64,000 nucleotides of DNA from Promethearchaeota archaeon (GCA_004524545.1 SDNX01000001.1:23270-87269); one strand, 5' to 3'; counted from the stretch's first letter, positions 38,755 to 49,641 are shown. Notes: a model not told the origin generated them from the sequence alone. Numbers and translations: made by a program.

Positions 38755-39783
38755 CTAATACATCGTAATTCCTTTGATGAATTCAGCAACTCGTATAAAT
38801 GCTTGATTTGGTTCAGGTATATGTGCGAATAAACTGTGAAACACATGGTTCATATCTTTCCACACTTTGAAATGAATCTCTACCCCTACTTCTTGTGCGT
38901 TTTCTACAAGACGACTGGAATCATCTAAGAGTATTTCTTTTTCTCCTGCATCAACTAGTAAAGGAGGTAACCCAGAAAAGTCTCCTAAAACTGGTGAAAG
39001 ATAAGGTAGCTTGCGAAGGCGTGGGCTTCCAGAATATAGTGAAGCACACATCATCAGGTCGGTTTTTGTTAAGTCAGGATCTATATCTTTATTTGTCTTT
39101 ATTGAAGCTCCTTTAAGTCTTAGGTCCGTCCAAGGAGAAAAGAGTGCTGCTCCGACCGGTAAAAGTTTCTTTTCGTCCCGAAGACGTAATAATAGCGCTA
39201 ATGCTAACCCTCCCCCAGCAGAAGCTCCTGAAACCACAATTTTATTAGGATCTAATGCTTTCTCATGCAGAAGGTAATCATAAACGGCAATTGCATCATC
39301 TAGAGCTGCAGGATAAGGGTATTCAGGACCATGCCTATAATTCACACTTAATATATTAATGTTTGCGATTTTGCTTAACTGAGAGGGAAGCTGCCAGCTA
39401 GCCTCTAAACCCCCAAAGATATATCCTCCTCCATGAAAAAATAAGATAAGAGGGAGCTCTAATGTATTTTTAGCTTTTATCCACTCAACAGGAATGGTAC
39501 CAATAAGTTCTCTTCGATACTCTATATCTGCAGGTCGGGGGACAATATTTTGAGTATAATCATCAATATAACGCCTTACTCGTAGAACAAGGTTTGGATC
39601 TTCAATGGTTTCAATTTTTTTAATTATTGTATCTAAAGGGATGTGGTTTTTCTCGCAGAAATCCCGCATACCATCATTCCATAGCATTTTATTATGAGTT
39701 AATGCTTTTGCCAAGTCTTCCCGTAAATGGGAATAGTCTGGAATTTCCATCTCTTCTTCACGTATTTGATTAATAGTGTACAA
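38755..39783 (-). CDS. Alpha/beta-hydrolase esterase/lipase, HSL family
   Basis: HGGGYIFGG oxyanion motif, GASAGGG nucleophile elbow, C-terminal DxxH. Confidence 0.8.
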   Translation of the reverse strand: MYTINQIREEEMEIPDYSHLREDLAKALTHNKMLWNDGMRDFCEKNHIPLDTIIKKIETIEDPNLVLRVRRYIDDYTQNIVPRPADIEYRRELIGTIPVEWIKAKNTLELPLILFFHGGGYIFGGLEASWQLPSQLSKIANINILSVNYRHGPEYPYPAALDDAIAVYDYLLHEKALDPNKIVVSGASAGGGLALALLLRLRDEKKLLPVGAALFSPWTDLRLKGASIKTNKDIDPDLTKTDLMMCASLYSGSPRLRKLPYLSPVLGDFSGLPPLLVDAGEKEILLDDSSRLVENAQEVGVEIHFKVWKDMNHVFHSLFAHIPEPNQAFIRVAEFIKGITMY

Positions 39784-39880
39784 TAATGAAACGTCTTAGA
39801 TAATAAATTAGAGGGTTTTGCGTACTTCAACAACAAATCTATACGGTGTGAGTAATATGAGGGAATCACGCTAGAGGTAG

Positions 39881-41155
39881 TTATTTGACTTTTTCCACCA
39901 TTTGCTGCTTAAGATATCTTAAGGAGAGTAGGAAGAAAGGAATTAATGATAATTCGAGAATTATTGAAAATATGAAAGGAGTTTTGGGATTGAAATTATC
40001 CCATAATAATCCACCTAATAAGGGTCCTATCACCCACCCAAGGAGATTCATCCACTCCATAAGACCAAACACCTTACCTCGATGAGAAACGGAGATACGG
40101 CTGAAGAGACTTTGGGCAATTAATTGCCCTCCAGTTGCTAGAATTAGATCGACGAGTAACAACGAAATAAATAGCCATTGAATAGTGGTGGAAATGAGAA
40201 TCCAAGTTACAATTGCTCCGAGAAAACTCACTATTATAAATCCAATAACTCCTACTTTATCTGCATAAACTCCTAGTTTCGGTGCTGCAATTAAGGCAAT
40301 TATTCCCGCTACATAAAGAATTATCATCACCTTAATTGTACTCAAATTAAGGATATCGTACATGAATACTTGCAGAAATGGTCGAGTAATGTGCTCATTC
40401 ATGGAAGAAAAGATAACAGTGAGAGATAGAAAGATAAATCCAAGAATTATCAGATTTTTACTTCTTTTATAAATTTCATATCGAGAGTCAGATTTTGGCT
40501 CATCTGGAGGTAGTTGTGCATCTTCTACAAATTTAATTTTCTCATCAACTTTTTTCATAAAACGAATTCCCGCAAACACATTGATTAGAGCATATATTAT
40601 CAGAGATGAATATTGATACCAAACATTACTTTCGTACCAATAAATTCCGCTGAAAAATAGTGAAAACGAGATAATCGCGCCCACAAGGCTTCCCCATCCC
40701 ATCATTCCAAATCGTTTCCCGTATGCTTCCGAACGAAAAAATTTTGACGATTTTTCTGCCACTAGTGCATTAAAAGGGGGCCAAAAAAACCCCACCAAAA
40801 TCCCTTGTATGAAAATTCCTAATCCAAAACCAATAACGGAGTTAAACCCGATACTTAGATACATGATTGTATATGAGACCGTCCTGCCAAACGATCCTAT
40901 CATTACCAACCATTTCTTGGATACTTTATCTGTTAAATATCCTACTAAAGGTGTGATTAATAACCGTCCAATTGGTTGGGATGCGATTACCAATCCAATT
41001 ATTGAGGCACTCACTTCAAAATACTCACTTGTGGCATAAGGAACGATAAATCCATAGAACATGAATCCAAAACTATTCCAAAAGATGATCTGTACCATGG
41101 ACGAAAAATCATTTGTTGTGTTCGATCGAATGTAGGTTGGTTTCAAAGGGATCAA
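39881..41155 (-). CDS. MFS transporter, paralog of 3266..4552
   Basis: GYLTDKVSKKWLVMIGSFGRT vs GIITDRWSKKKLVLIGSIGRG; 12 TM. Confidence 0.75.
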   Translation of the reverse strand: MIPLKPTYIRSNTTNDFSSMVQIIFWNSFGFMFYGFIVPYATSEYFEVSASIIGLVIASQPIGRLLITPLVGYLTDKVSKKWLVMIGSFGRTVSYTIMYLSIGFNSVIGFGLGIFIQGILVGFFWPPFNALVAEKSSKFFRSEAYGKRFGMMGWGSLVGAIISFSLFFSGIYWYESNVWYQYSSLIIYALINVFAGIRFMKKVDEKIKFVEDAQLPPDEPKSDSRYEIYKRSKNLIILGFIFLSLTVIFSSMNEHITRPFLQVFMYDILNLSTIKVMIILYVAGIIALIAAPKLGVYADKVGVIGFIIVSFLGAIVTWILISTTIQWLFISLLLVDLILATGGQLIAQSLFSRISVSHRGKVFGLMEWMNLLGWVIGPLLGGLLWDNFNPKTPFIFSIILELSLIPFFLLSLRYLKQQMVEKVK

Positions 41156-41270
41156 GTTATGCTGTTGTGGGATAGTTATAATGTTATACGATTATTTTCT
41201 AAGTAAATCGACTCAAATACCTAAAATCTATGGATGAAAGATTAAAAAATAATTCAGTTTTCTTCTACAC

Positions 41271-41930
41271 ATGGCTTTTGTGATCACAAGTGTAGCAGAA
41301 TTCAATACCATTATAACGATGCTTGGGTTTATTTTTGCGTCAGTTCAGGCTGCAACCGGCGTTTACGCTGCGTTTTATAAAAAAAAGACGGCAGTTCTTC
41401 GAACTAATGAAACCCTAGGGCGTGCACATCGTACTTTCGGCGGATTTTCTACACTACTTTTTCTAATGGGATTGTTTCAAGGTGTGACAGGATTCATTGC
41501 AGCCTTGATTAATCCAGCAGGGGGAGAAACTCCTGCCTTTGAAGCAAATCGCATCAGTTTCAACTTACATGTATGGATAAGTTTTCCCATCACAGTGATA
41601 ATCTTATGGAAAAGCTACATTTCATACTTTTCCAAGAAAAATGTCTTTAAACAAGGGAAATGGTTGGGAATGGCAACCTTTACATCATGGACAATAATGT
41701 GGGTCACTTCAGCAATAGCATTCTATGCAAATGTGGAGGGAATGCCGTGGAGTGCTGACGCAGGAACTTTACATAAGGCTCCGGGTGTACTATTACCCCC
41801 ATCGATTTGGGCTATAGTTTTGCAAATATTAATTCCATTCGTTATAGGTGCTTTGATCTCGTTACCGATACTTGTAAAAGCTCATAAAATTGAAGTGGAG
41901 AAAGAGTCAAAACGACAACAGAAACAATAA
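41271..41930 (+). CDS. Hypothetical membrane protein (5 TM)
   Basis: 219 aa hydrophobic, basic tail. Confidence 0.4.
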   Translation: MAFVITSVAEFNTIITMLGFIFASVQAATGVYAAFYKKKTAVLRTNETLGRAHRTFGGFSTLLFLMGLFQGVTGFIAALINPAGGETPAFEANRISFNLHVWISFPITVIILWKSYISYFSKKNVFKQGKWLGMATFTSWTIMWVTSAIAFYANVEGMPWSADAGTLHKAPGVLLPPSIWAIVLQILIPFVIGALISLPILVKAHKIEVEKESKRQQKQ

Positions 41931-41959
41931 AAACCAAACAAGATACTCTTAAAGATACA

Positions 41960-42370
41960 ATGATATTTCAAGGGACTGTTCAACCAGGATTCGGGACAGG
42001 AGCATTTTATGTCAGTCTTCCTCACTATTATGAAGCATTTACTAATTTGTTAAAAAAACCCCCATTCCCTGGAACTCTCAACGTACTATTTACGAACGAG
42101 GATTATCACAAACTAGATATCTTATTGGATTCTATGTGCCCTCTTATAATTTCTGGAAAAAGTGACTCCACCAAAGGAAATTGGCAAATTGAATGTTATT
42201 GTGTACTAGTCTGGAAAGATAATGAACAAGAAAAAGTGAGAGGGCTTTTATTGCGATTTAGTCGTCCTGACCATAAAAAAGAAATTATTGAATTCGTGTC
42301 AGCCCACTATTTACGAGAATTTTTCCAACTTGAAGATAACAGTCCATTCCACTTCAGATTAATCCAATAG
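41960..42370 (+). CDS. ribK: Archaeal CTP-dependent riboflavin kinase
   Basis: GFGTGAFYVSLPHYYEAF...FPGTLN matches MJ0056-type G-x-G-x-G-x-Y-F-x-S-L-P-x-Y...P-Y-x-G-T-L-N. Confidence 0.75.
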   Translation: MIFQGTVQPGFGTGAFYVSLPHYYEAFTNLLKKPPFPGTLNVLFTNEDYHKLDILLDSMCPLIISGKSDSTKGNWQIECYCVLVWKDNEQEKVRGLLLRFSRPDHKKEIIEFVSAHYLREFFQLEDNSPFHFRLIQ

Positions 42371-42406
42371 AATTTTCCTACATTTTTTATATCGAGGCTT
42401 GTTCTT

Positions 42407-42955
42407 TTGATGTATATGAAATTTCTACAGGCGAGTTTTGAAGATGTTGACACAATTCTTGAAATAAATCAAAAGAACCTCCAAATAAATATTATAGATA
42501 ATTCTAGAGGGTTTTTAATGGGAACCCGTACCAAAAAATGGATATCAGATAATTTGGATAAGTATTTTGTGGTGAAAGAAATCGGTCAAGTTCTTGGATA
42601 TGCTGAAATCGATTTCACCATTGGGAAGGAGTACTTCGCTACTGGTAAGTGGGAACGTGAAAGTATCCAAAAAAAAGTCCTCGAAACGGTCGATAAAAAG
42701 AATTTTGTGTATTTAATTCAACTAGCTTCTAATCTGCATCGTAAGGGTGTAGGGAAATGCATCATCGAGGGTCTTTCAGAAACATTCAAAGGTTTAGCGA
42801 TTATTTCATTTGTTTCATTTAAGCCATATTTTAATGAAGCGTCGGTACACTTTCATGAAAAAGTAGATTTTCAGAAAGCGGGATTATTCACAATAAAATA
42901 CAAGTTTGGAATCCAAGAATATGAACGTTTTAGCTACATAAAGGAATATAAATAA
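42407..42955 (+). CDS. GNAT family N-acetyltransferase
   Basis: HRKGVGKCII acetyl-CoA binding motif A-like. Confidence 0.55.
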   Translation: MMYMKFLQASFEDVDTILEINQKNLQINIIDNSRGFLMGTRTKKWISDNLDKYFVVKEIGQVLGYAEIDFTIGKEYFATGKWERESIQKKVLETVDKKNFVYLIQLASNLHRKGVGKCIIEGLSETFKGLAIISFVSFKPYFNEASVHFHEKVDFQKAGLFTIKYKFGIQEYERFSYIKEYK

Positions 42956-43047
42956 ATCTTTCACACAACTTTTGTTGTTTTTCATCCAGTAATCGTTAAT
43001 TTTTCAGAATCAAAAACTATAATTATTACACCGATTCACTTGTTCGT

Positions 43048-44397
43048 ATGCGAAAACAGTATTTAACTGCGAAAAAATCCTTGGTAATAGGTATAATAGG
43101 ATTAATGCTCCTTATACAGATACTCCCTCTTGTTGGGGCTCAAACTACAAAGAAGTTTGGTTCCAATATTAAGGTTAATAGGAACTCAAAAGAGTATTCA
43201 GACCAAGTAGAACCTACTATGGCTATTCTAAGCACGGGAAGGATTTTAGTAGGCTGGAAAGAAGCGGAAGAGCATCGGGGACCTGGAAAAAGAGTAGGAT
43301 TTGCGTATTCAGATACTGAGGGTGCAAAATTCTCGGATTATATGCTAATGGAACGTCTGAATTCTACAATTACATTTACACAAAGCGATCCATGGTTAGT
43401 TGCAGATTCTAACGATACTGCATATTTTGTTTTTCTCCAAGCAGATGGAGGATATCATTTAAAGGGAGACATTGCTGTAGCAAAATCTACTAATGGAGGA
43501 ACTACTTGGTTGCCGGCTATAAATTGCTCTGATACCTCTGGCTTTGATGACAAGGAGACGGCTACGATTGATTCTGATGGAAATTTATATGTAGCATGGA
43601 CAGGGCCAGTAAGGGACATCCGATTTACTAGATCCACTGATGGCGGTCAATCGTTTATCCCCACAAAACTATTAGCCCAAAATAAATTTCATTCATATAT
43701 TCACGTCTCACCAAATGGTACTCTTTACCATACTACGGCAATTATCGGTGGGAGTGATTTCAACGAGATAGAAATCATAAAATCCATTAACCAAGGGAAT
43801 TCTTGGACAACACCGGTAACAATCGTAGCGCCTTCCTCAGCGGAAGTATCCCGAATTACTGTGATCAACACCGATTCAGAGGAAAATGTGTATATTGTGT
43901 ATGCAAAAGGAACTGAGGATGATAAAGATATATTTATTATTAAAAGTACCGATGCAGGGGAGACTTGGGAAACTCCAGTTCAAGTGAACAGAGTTTCCAC
44001 AGGAGACCAACGGATGCCAGAAATGTATATCGGCCAGAATGATGTAATTCATGTTGCTTGGCTAGATGCACGGGTAGAAGGAAAACAGCATTACTATTAC
44101 AGCTATTCTATGGATGGTGGGATCACATTCTCGGAGGATGAACGAGTAACGGAAAGAGGTTTTGACGAAAAATTTACACGACCAGGAGATTATTTCTGTA
44201 TGAGACAAGCTCCTAATGGTGACATGTGCATGGTTTGGACTGATGGAAGAAATGGACAAGATCATGATATCTATTTCGCACGACAAGGCTTGTACAAAAT
44301 ACCAGTATGGGGATGGATAACCATATCTAGTGGTAGTATAATTATTATTGCAACTACAGCAGTTTTATTATTTTTAAAACGAAGACGATCGTCTTAA
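43048..44397 (+). CDS. Secreted BNR/Asp-box repeat protein (sialidase/GH33-like beta-propeller) with C-terminal TM anchor
   Basis: Signal peptide; five S-x-[DN]-x-G-x-[TS]-[WF] boxes (STNGGTTW, STDGGQSF, SINQGNSW, STDAGETW, SMDGGITF); C-terminal hydrophobic helix + RRRSS. Confidence 0.7.
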   Translation: MRKQYLTAKKSLVIGIIGLMLLIQILPLVGAQTTKKFGSNIKVNRNSKEYSDQVEPTMAILSTGRILVGWKEAEEHRGPGKRVGFAYSDTEGAKFSDYMLMERLNSTITFTQSDPWLVADSNDTAYFVFLQADGGYHLKGDIAVAKSTNGGTTWLPAINCSDTSGFDDKETATIDSDGNLYVAWTGPVRDIRFTRSTDGGQSFIPTKLLAQNKFHSYIHVSPNGTLYHTTAIIGGSDFNEIEIIKSINQGNSWTTPVTIVAPSSAEVSRITVINTDSEENVYIVYAKGTEDDKDIFIIKSTDAGETWETPVQVNRVSTGDQRMPEMYIGQNDVIHVAWLDARVEGKQHYYYSYSMDGGITFSEDERVTERGFDEKFTRPGDYFCMRQAPNGDMCMVWTDGRNGQDHDIYFARQGLYKIPVWGWITISSGSIIIIATTAVLLFLKRRRSS

Positions 44398-44404
44398 CCA
44401 AAAG

Positions 44405-45466
44405 TTAATTTCTCTTTTTTGTTTTTTCTCTGATGAGATGATAGGACTCAGAATAATAATACTCTAATGTTTTCTTCTGGCCTTCTTCTAAAGAAATTAC
44501 AGGTTCATAACCGATTTCAGCCTTCATTTTTGTGTCTATAAACGCTAAATCTCGTCGAGGAACTCCAATTCGGTAGAGGTTTAGGATGGGCGAATTAGTT
44601 GCTTTGAACAATTTAAACACTCCCTCCATAATTCCTGCCACTATTGCGACAAGAAAATAAGGAGCATTCAATTTGATGGGTTTAATTTTGGCAATATTTG
44701 TCCATTTGTCTACCCAGTCTTTCCAAGTCATATTTCCATCCAAAATATTATACGCTCCATGAATGTATTCAGCAAAAATTAGCTGTTTTATTCCATAACA
44801 AAGATTTTTGACATAAATATAGGATATCAAACTCTTCCCACTATTGATATGCCCGAATTTATGTGTAAGAATACCATCTAAAGCAGTTATATAGGAGTTT
44901 ATATCATAGGGTCCGTAAATGATGTATCCAGGTCGAACAGAAGCTGCTAGATGGTCATGAGCACTTTCAGCCCAATTATATACAAGATCCTCTGCCGTTC
45001 GTTTTGATTCCCCATACGGAAAATTAGCTACATCTCGGGGTGTTGATTCATCATCAAAATGATGTCCCCGAAGGCTATGAACTGTCAATGAACTTAAGAA
45101 AATAAACCGTTTTATTCCTTGATTTGAAGCAGCATTCAACAATAAGCGGGTGCCGTCAACATTAAACTTGAAAAAATCATCTCTTTCCCCCCAATCAGAT
45201 ACTTTTCCTGCAAGGTGCACGATAACATCCATCTGATGAACAACTTTTTCGATTGCCTCTGCGTCGTTAATATTTGCTTCAACAATATGGAATCTTTTTT
45301 TTAGCTTTCCCTCATCAGAATACTCTAAATCATGTAGAAAATTGACGGGTGCTTTGGGTCTTACCATCGCATATACAGTTAGTTTTGGATCATCTGCTAA
45401 ATAATCAGTTAAATTTGTCCCGACGAATCCATTCGCACCGGTGATCAGTATCTTTAACTTAGACAT
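44405..45466 (-). CDS. NAD-dependent epimerase/dehydratase (extended SDR, 3beta-HSD-like)
   Basis: ILITGANGFVGTNL Rossmann motif; YGESK catalytic YxxxK; ATG 45466 (MSKLKIL). Confidence 0.75.
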   Translation of the reverse strand: MSKLKILITGANGFVGTNLTDYLADDPKLTVYAMVRPKAPVNFLHDLEYSDEGKLKKRFHIVEANINDAEAIEKVVHQMDVIVHLAGKVSDWGERDDFFKFNVDGTRLLLNAASNQGIKRFIFLSSLTVHSLRGHHFDDESTPRDVANFPYGESKRTAEDLVYNWAESAHDHLAASVRPGYIIYGPYDINSYITALDGILTHKFGHINSGKSLISYIYVKNLCYGIKQLIFAEYIHGAYNILDGNMTWKDWVDKWTNIAKIKPIKLNAPYFLVAIVAGIMEGVFKLFKATNSPILNLYRIGVPRRDLAFIDTKMKAEIGYEPVISLEEGQKKTLEYYYSESYHLIREKTKKRN

Positions 45467-45485
45467 TGTTTTTTCAATCCTTCTC

Positions 45486-46160
45486 TTAGAGAATTCCAAG
45501 AAAACGTAATCCACAAAAAACATCAGTTGCTACTCCAACGGTGATGTGCATTAAGAACGCATAATACCACGAGTTGGTTTTTTCGGTGATAATGCCAAAT
45601 AGAATTCCAGCGACTAAGGCAGCTAGAATTTCGGTGATGGGTTTCGTGAGATGGAGTAGCGTTGTAAGAGCAGTTACATATAAAATACTTTGCCATTTTT
45701 TCCAATATTTGCTTAATCCTAATTGTAAAACCCCACGGAAAAAGAATTCATACGGAATATAATAAATTAATACGTAAGCAATTTCGTAAACCACCCAAAC
45801 TGGCCAAGGTGTTAAAACATCCTTTGTTAATGGATATGTATTGATTAAGACTTCATTTTTAGACGCAAAATATAAAACAGGGATCGATAATAGGAAAATG
45901 GTGAAACTAATTAATCCCCATTTTTTATCTCCATAGGTCAACCCATAGTCAAATAATGCCTTTTTTCGGATTACTTTCAGATAGATCCAAGGCAGAATAA
46001 GGAGGGAAAGAAATGTTCCAATAAATCCGATTACCACATTTCCCCAACTTCTTGTATAGAACCCCGTTTCTGATGCATCACTAAACAAATACAAAAAAAA
46101 TCCAATAAAATCCATCCCACTTATCGCAAAGAGAATCCCTGATATTCCGCTTAAGATCAA
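45486..46160 (-). CDS. Polytopic membrane protein, CPBP-like with degenerate motifs
   Basis: YEFFFRG (E-x4-R) and LLHL segments; 224 aa; sits between two SDR genes. Confidence 0.35.
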   Translation of the reverse strand: MILSGISGILFAISGMDFIGFFLYLFSDASETGFYTRSWGNVVIGFIGTFLSLLILPWIYLKVIRKKALFDYGLTYGDKKWGLISFTIFLLSIPVLYFASKNEVLINTYPLTKDVLTPWPVWVVYEIAYVLIYYIPYEFFFRGVLQLGLSKYWKKWQSILYVTALTTLLHLTKPITEILAALVAGILFGIITEKTNSWYYAFLMHITVGVATDVFCGLRFLGIL

Positions 46161-46214
46161 GAGAGATTTAGGAGATATCGAATCGGAGGAGATATTTAGT
46201 TCTTCAAGAGCGAT

Positions 46215-47234
46215 TTAAATCAACCCCTGACTTTTATACCAATTACCAGCTCGTTTCACCATAGAAATATAATTATGGTTAGGCTTCCAACCCAGTACTC
46301 GCTTTGCTTTTTCTGTGGAACACACATTACTTAAGTATGTTGCATTTTGGGCTTTGGATCTGTTATAAAAAGGTGCAGGTTTTCTGAATAATCGGTATAC
46401 TGCTTCTGTAACAATAGCTATAAAGTGTAAAAGAAAATCTGGAAAGGTGACACTTATTAATGAGCCATAGGGTCGATCAAAAATTAAGTATGCTATCAAT
46501 TCTTGTAAGTCTTCCCACGTCATCACCTTGTCCCCAGCAACATGGAATGTTTCCCCAACAGCATTTTGATTGGTTGAACATAAGTAAATAGAATGGACCA
46601 GATCTTCAACATCAATGAAATTAAATAAGCGTTTTTTTTTGCCCGGATAGCGTATTTTCAATCCTATTTTAGCCATCTTAAATAACCCGAAAGATACCAT
46701 ATCACCCGGACCTAAAACAGGGCAGGGGCGAACAATTGTAATTGGTAATCGGTGGAAACACGAACGGGCGAATTGTTCTATTCGAAATTTTGAAACACCA
46801 TAAAAATCACGAGGAACAGGTAGTCCGGGTTCATCTTCACAGGCTGGTTTCTCTAATGTTCCAGCAGTTGTAGCTACCATTGAAGAAATAACTACCAAAC
46901 GTTTTAGGTTGGGATTGAAATCACAGCACGATTTGATAATATTTTTTGTTCCTCCCAGATTAATCCGATCATATTCTTGTTGGGTATAACCACGTATCAC
47001 TCCAGCCAGATGAAAAATGTAATCTACCGATTCGACAATAGGAGCTAAACTTGCGGTGTCTAATATATTTCCCTCAACTATTTTGATATTATGGAGATTT
47101 GGGTTGAGCTGGGTAAGAAGAAATATACTAGTGCCTTTCAAAATGAACGCGGTAACTTGGTATCCATGTTTAGCTAAGTAGGTGGTAAGGTGGCTACCTA
47201 CAAATCCATTGGCACCTGTGACTAATGCTTTTAT
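46215..47234 (-). CDS. NAD-dependent epimerase/dehydratase (extended SDR); conserved Rossmann motif lies upstream of the first canonical start, SD-positioned ATA at 47232-47234
   Basis: Minus-strand frame reads (AGAGGTG)ttcacaa-ATA-KALVTGANGFVGSHLTTYLAKHGYQVTAFIL before ORF-track TTG start; YGVSK catalytic motif. Confidence 0.6.
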   Translation of the reverse strand: MKALVTGANGFVGSHLTTYLAKHGYQVTAFILKGTSIFLLTQLNPNLHNIKIVEGNILDTASLAPIVESVDYIFHLAGVIRGYTQQEYDRINLGGTKNIIKSCCDFNPNLKRLVVISSMVATTAGTLEKPACEDEPGLPVPRDFYGVSKFRIEQFARSCFHRLPITIVRPCPVLGPGDMVSFGLFKMAKIGLKIRYPGKKKRLFNFIDVEDLVHSIYLCSTNQNAVGETFHVAGDKVMTWEDLQELIAYLIFDRPYGSLISVTFPDFLLHFIAIVTEAVYRLFRKPAPFYNRSKAQNATYLSNVCSTEKAKRVLGWKPNHNYISMVKRAGNWYKSQGLI

Positions 47235-47266
47235 TTGTGAACACCTCTAAAAATTGAGTTATTTAG

Positions 47267-48175
47267 TTATTTCCACTCGATAGCTAAGGGTTTTCTAGGT
47301 GGAGCCCGTAAAAATTTAACTTTAGGGTATCCCAAAATCATTACTCCCCAAACTTTTCTGCCTTTTGGTATACCTAGCCATTTTGCCAGTTTTTTTATCC
47401 TTTGCACGGTTTCTTGGGCAATTCCAATCCAACATGTTCCCAACCCGCGTGATTGAGCAGCTAACATACCATGTGTTAAGGCAATTCCTGAATCGCATCC
47501 TGCCATGTTACCGTAAACGGGAGAGTGCAAGACAATTACGCAAGGAGCATTAAAGAATATTGGATCTTTGCCTTCCTCGACTTTTTTAATAAGATTCCCC
47601 ATTGAATACAAGAAACTTGGATCTTTCACCAGTTTACGAGTGTTTCCCCAGATGAAAACATTTGATATGATTTTGTTAGAAACTAGTTTATGTGTCAGCT
47701 CAATCACTGATGTAACTTTTTTTGAGAAAGTTTGAATTTGTTTGCGATCTGTAAACACCATATATTCCCAGTTCTGTTCGTTGCTGGCGCTAGGAGCATA
47801 TCGCATTGCTTCAAGTACTGCTTCGATTTCTTCCTTTGGAACTGGCTTATCCTTATATTGGCGAATGGAGCGTCTTGCACGTATTATCTCCATTATTGTT
47901 GAATATGGTACATCTTGAGGTTTTTTCACTCCTTCTGATGCAAACGTTGGTTCTGCATCCGAATAATCAATCGCCTCCGTAGGACAAATGGCTAAACAAT
48001 GACCACATCTTGAACAAGCATCATAGGGATCATCATATTTAACTACAGTTCCCTTAGGATTTGTTTCATCAACAAATTTTGAAATCACATCTGGTGCACA
48101 TTCTTGAATGCATGCGCCACATTGTGTACATTTCTCAATATCAATTCCTTTGATCTGCATTCTATCTCTTCTCAC
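47267..48175 (-). CDS. 2x[4Fe-4S] ferredoxin domain fused to nitroreductase-family domain
   Basis: CTQCGACIQECAP and CSRCGHCLAICP motifs; RRSIRQYKDKPVPKEEIEAVLEAMRYAPSASNEQNWEY nitroreductase signature. Confidence 0.75.
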   Translation of the reverse strand: MRRDRMQIKGIDIEKCTQCGACIQECAPDVISKFVDETNPKGTVVKYDDPYDACSRCGHCLAICPTEAIDYSDAEPTFASEGVKKPQDVPYSTIMEIIRARRSIRQYKDKPVPKEEIEAVLEAMRYAPSASNEQNWEYMVFTDRKQIQTFSKKVTSVIELTHKLVSNKIISNVFIWGNTRKLVKDPSFLYSMGNLIKKVEEGKDPIFFNAPCVIVLHSPVYGNMAGCDSGIALTHGMLAAQSRGLGTCWIGIAQETVQRIKKLAKWLGIPKGRKVWGVMILGYPKVKFLRAPPRKPLAIEWK

Positions 48176-48436
48176 ACTATATTTGTTTGCACACTTTATA
48201 AAAAAGTGGTTAAAAATTGATAGGTTCCCTATCTCTTCTCTTTTTAGATCTGTTTCTATCTGAATTTCTGGAGTTTCGAAGAATTGTTTTTAGATATAAA
48301 AACCAACAATTAATGGGGAATGTGGCTGTATTTATCAATTATGAAGAAAGTTCCCTTTCAATCTACAGAAGTGATTCTGCGTGAGTATGACTTTGACACA
48401 GATCCTGAAAAATTAGTCGTTCATCTTTTTAACTAG

Positions 48437-48841
48437 ATGAACTCATTGGAAGAAAACATTCAATCTGTAAAAGAGGGAGATAAATGGTTTCATGAACGAT
48501 ATTATTACCGAAAGCGATTTGTCGCCGAAATTAATAATGAACTAGAACGGGGATTGAGTATCTTAACGGAACATCGCTATACCTTACATGCGATGGTTAC
48601 AGCAAAGCGCTACCAAGGAACCGGACTTAGTCAACTTTTATTCAATTTTATAAAGGAATGGATAAAGGAACACAAAGGAAAACTGATTCTTGTGGAAACA
48701 TGGGAAGATAACATTGCAGCACGGAAATTTTATGAAAAACTTGGATTTCAACAATATGCATCCCTACCTAATGGATTGAAAAATCGCAATGGAGAGGGAT
48801 ACGTAAACGAGATATTATATGTATATGAAATTGGAACATAA
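48437..48841 (+). CDS. GNAT family N-acetyltransferase
   Basis: RYQGTGLSQLLFNFIKEW motif A; 134 aa. Confidence 0.6.
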   Translation: MNSLEENIQSVKEGDKWFHERYYYRKRFVAEINNELERGLSILTEHRYTLHAMVTAKRYQGTGLSQLLFNFIKEWIKEHKGKLILVETWEDNIAARKFYEKLGFQQYASLPNGLKNRNGEGYVNEILYVYEIGT

Positions 48842-49122
48842 TTACTTTTTATTAACAAGATTTCTAGCTAGATGTCTAACATCACAATTTTTTTTAGAAA
48901 AGAGTAATAGGTAACCTTCATTTCCAAGATATTATACTTCAAAACAATCTTGGAGCAATTTTTTCAGCTTTTGAGTGATTTCAGGATTGTTCCTCCTAAT
49001 TTTATAGAAAAACCAGTTTTTTAAAATAATTTATCTTTGTTGGAGTCGAGTAGATTCGAGAGGTTTTTTTCAATAAATATTATTAATGCCATCGACATTA
49101 ATGCATTGGGGAGTGTGAAATT

Positions 49123-49641
49123 TTGACCAGCAGTTACAAACTAAAAGTATTATTATGTGGACCAGCTGGATCAGGAAAACGAGGTTTAATTATGAAGTAT
49201 ATTAAATCTAGGTTTCAAACCGATTACAAGCTAACCGTAGGAGTTGACATTTTAACCAAAGACGTAGAATTAGCGAACAATAACGTCTGCACTTTGAACA
49301 TTTGGGACATTGGTGGTCAAGAACGATTCTCCTTCATTCGATCCACCTTTTACAAGGGTGCTGCAGGAGCATTATTAGTATTTGACTTAAGCCGTGCAGC
49401 CACATGGGATGAAATTAAAAACTGGAGAGCAGAAGTGAAGCAATTTTCTGGGGATATTCCATTTATACTCATAGGAAATAATTTAGATCAAATTACCCAC
49501 GCAGAAGAAGGTATAAATCGAAACGAATGCAAAGCATATGCAGAAAGTCAAGGTTCAGAATATATTGAGACCTCTCCTAAGGAAAGCTCCAATGTAGATC
49601 AAGCATTAATTGCGTTAACAAAGAAAATTGTTGGTCAATAA
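49123..49641 (+). CDS. Ras/Rab-like small GTPase (minimal, 172 aa)
   Basis: G1 GPAGSGKRG, G3 WDIGGQE, G4 GNNLD (NKxD variant); no CAAX. Confidence 0.75.
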   Translation: MTSSYKLKVLLCGPAGSGKRGLIMKYIKSRFQTDYKLTVGVDILTKDVELANNNVCTLNIWDIGGQERFSFIRSTFYKGAAGALLVFDLSRAATWDEIKNWRAEVKQFSGDIPFILIGNNLDQITHAEEGINRNECKAYAESQGSEYIETSPKESSNVDQALIALTKKIVGQ

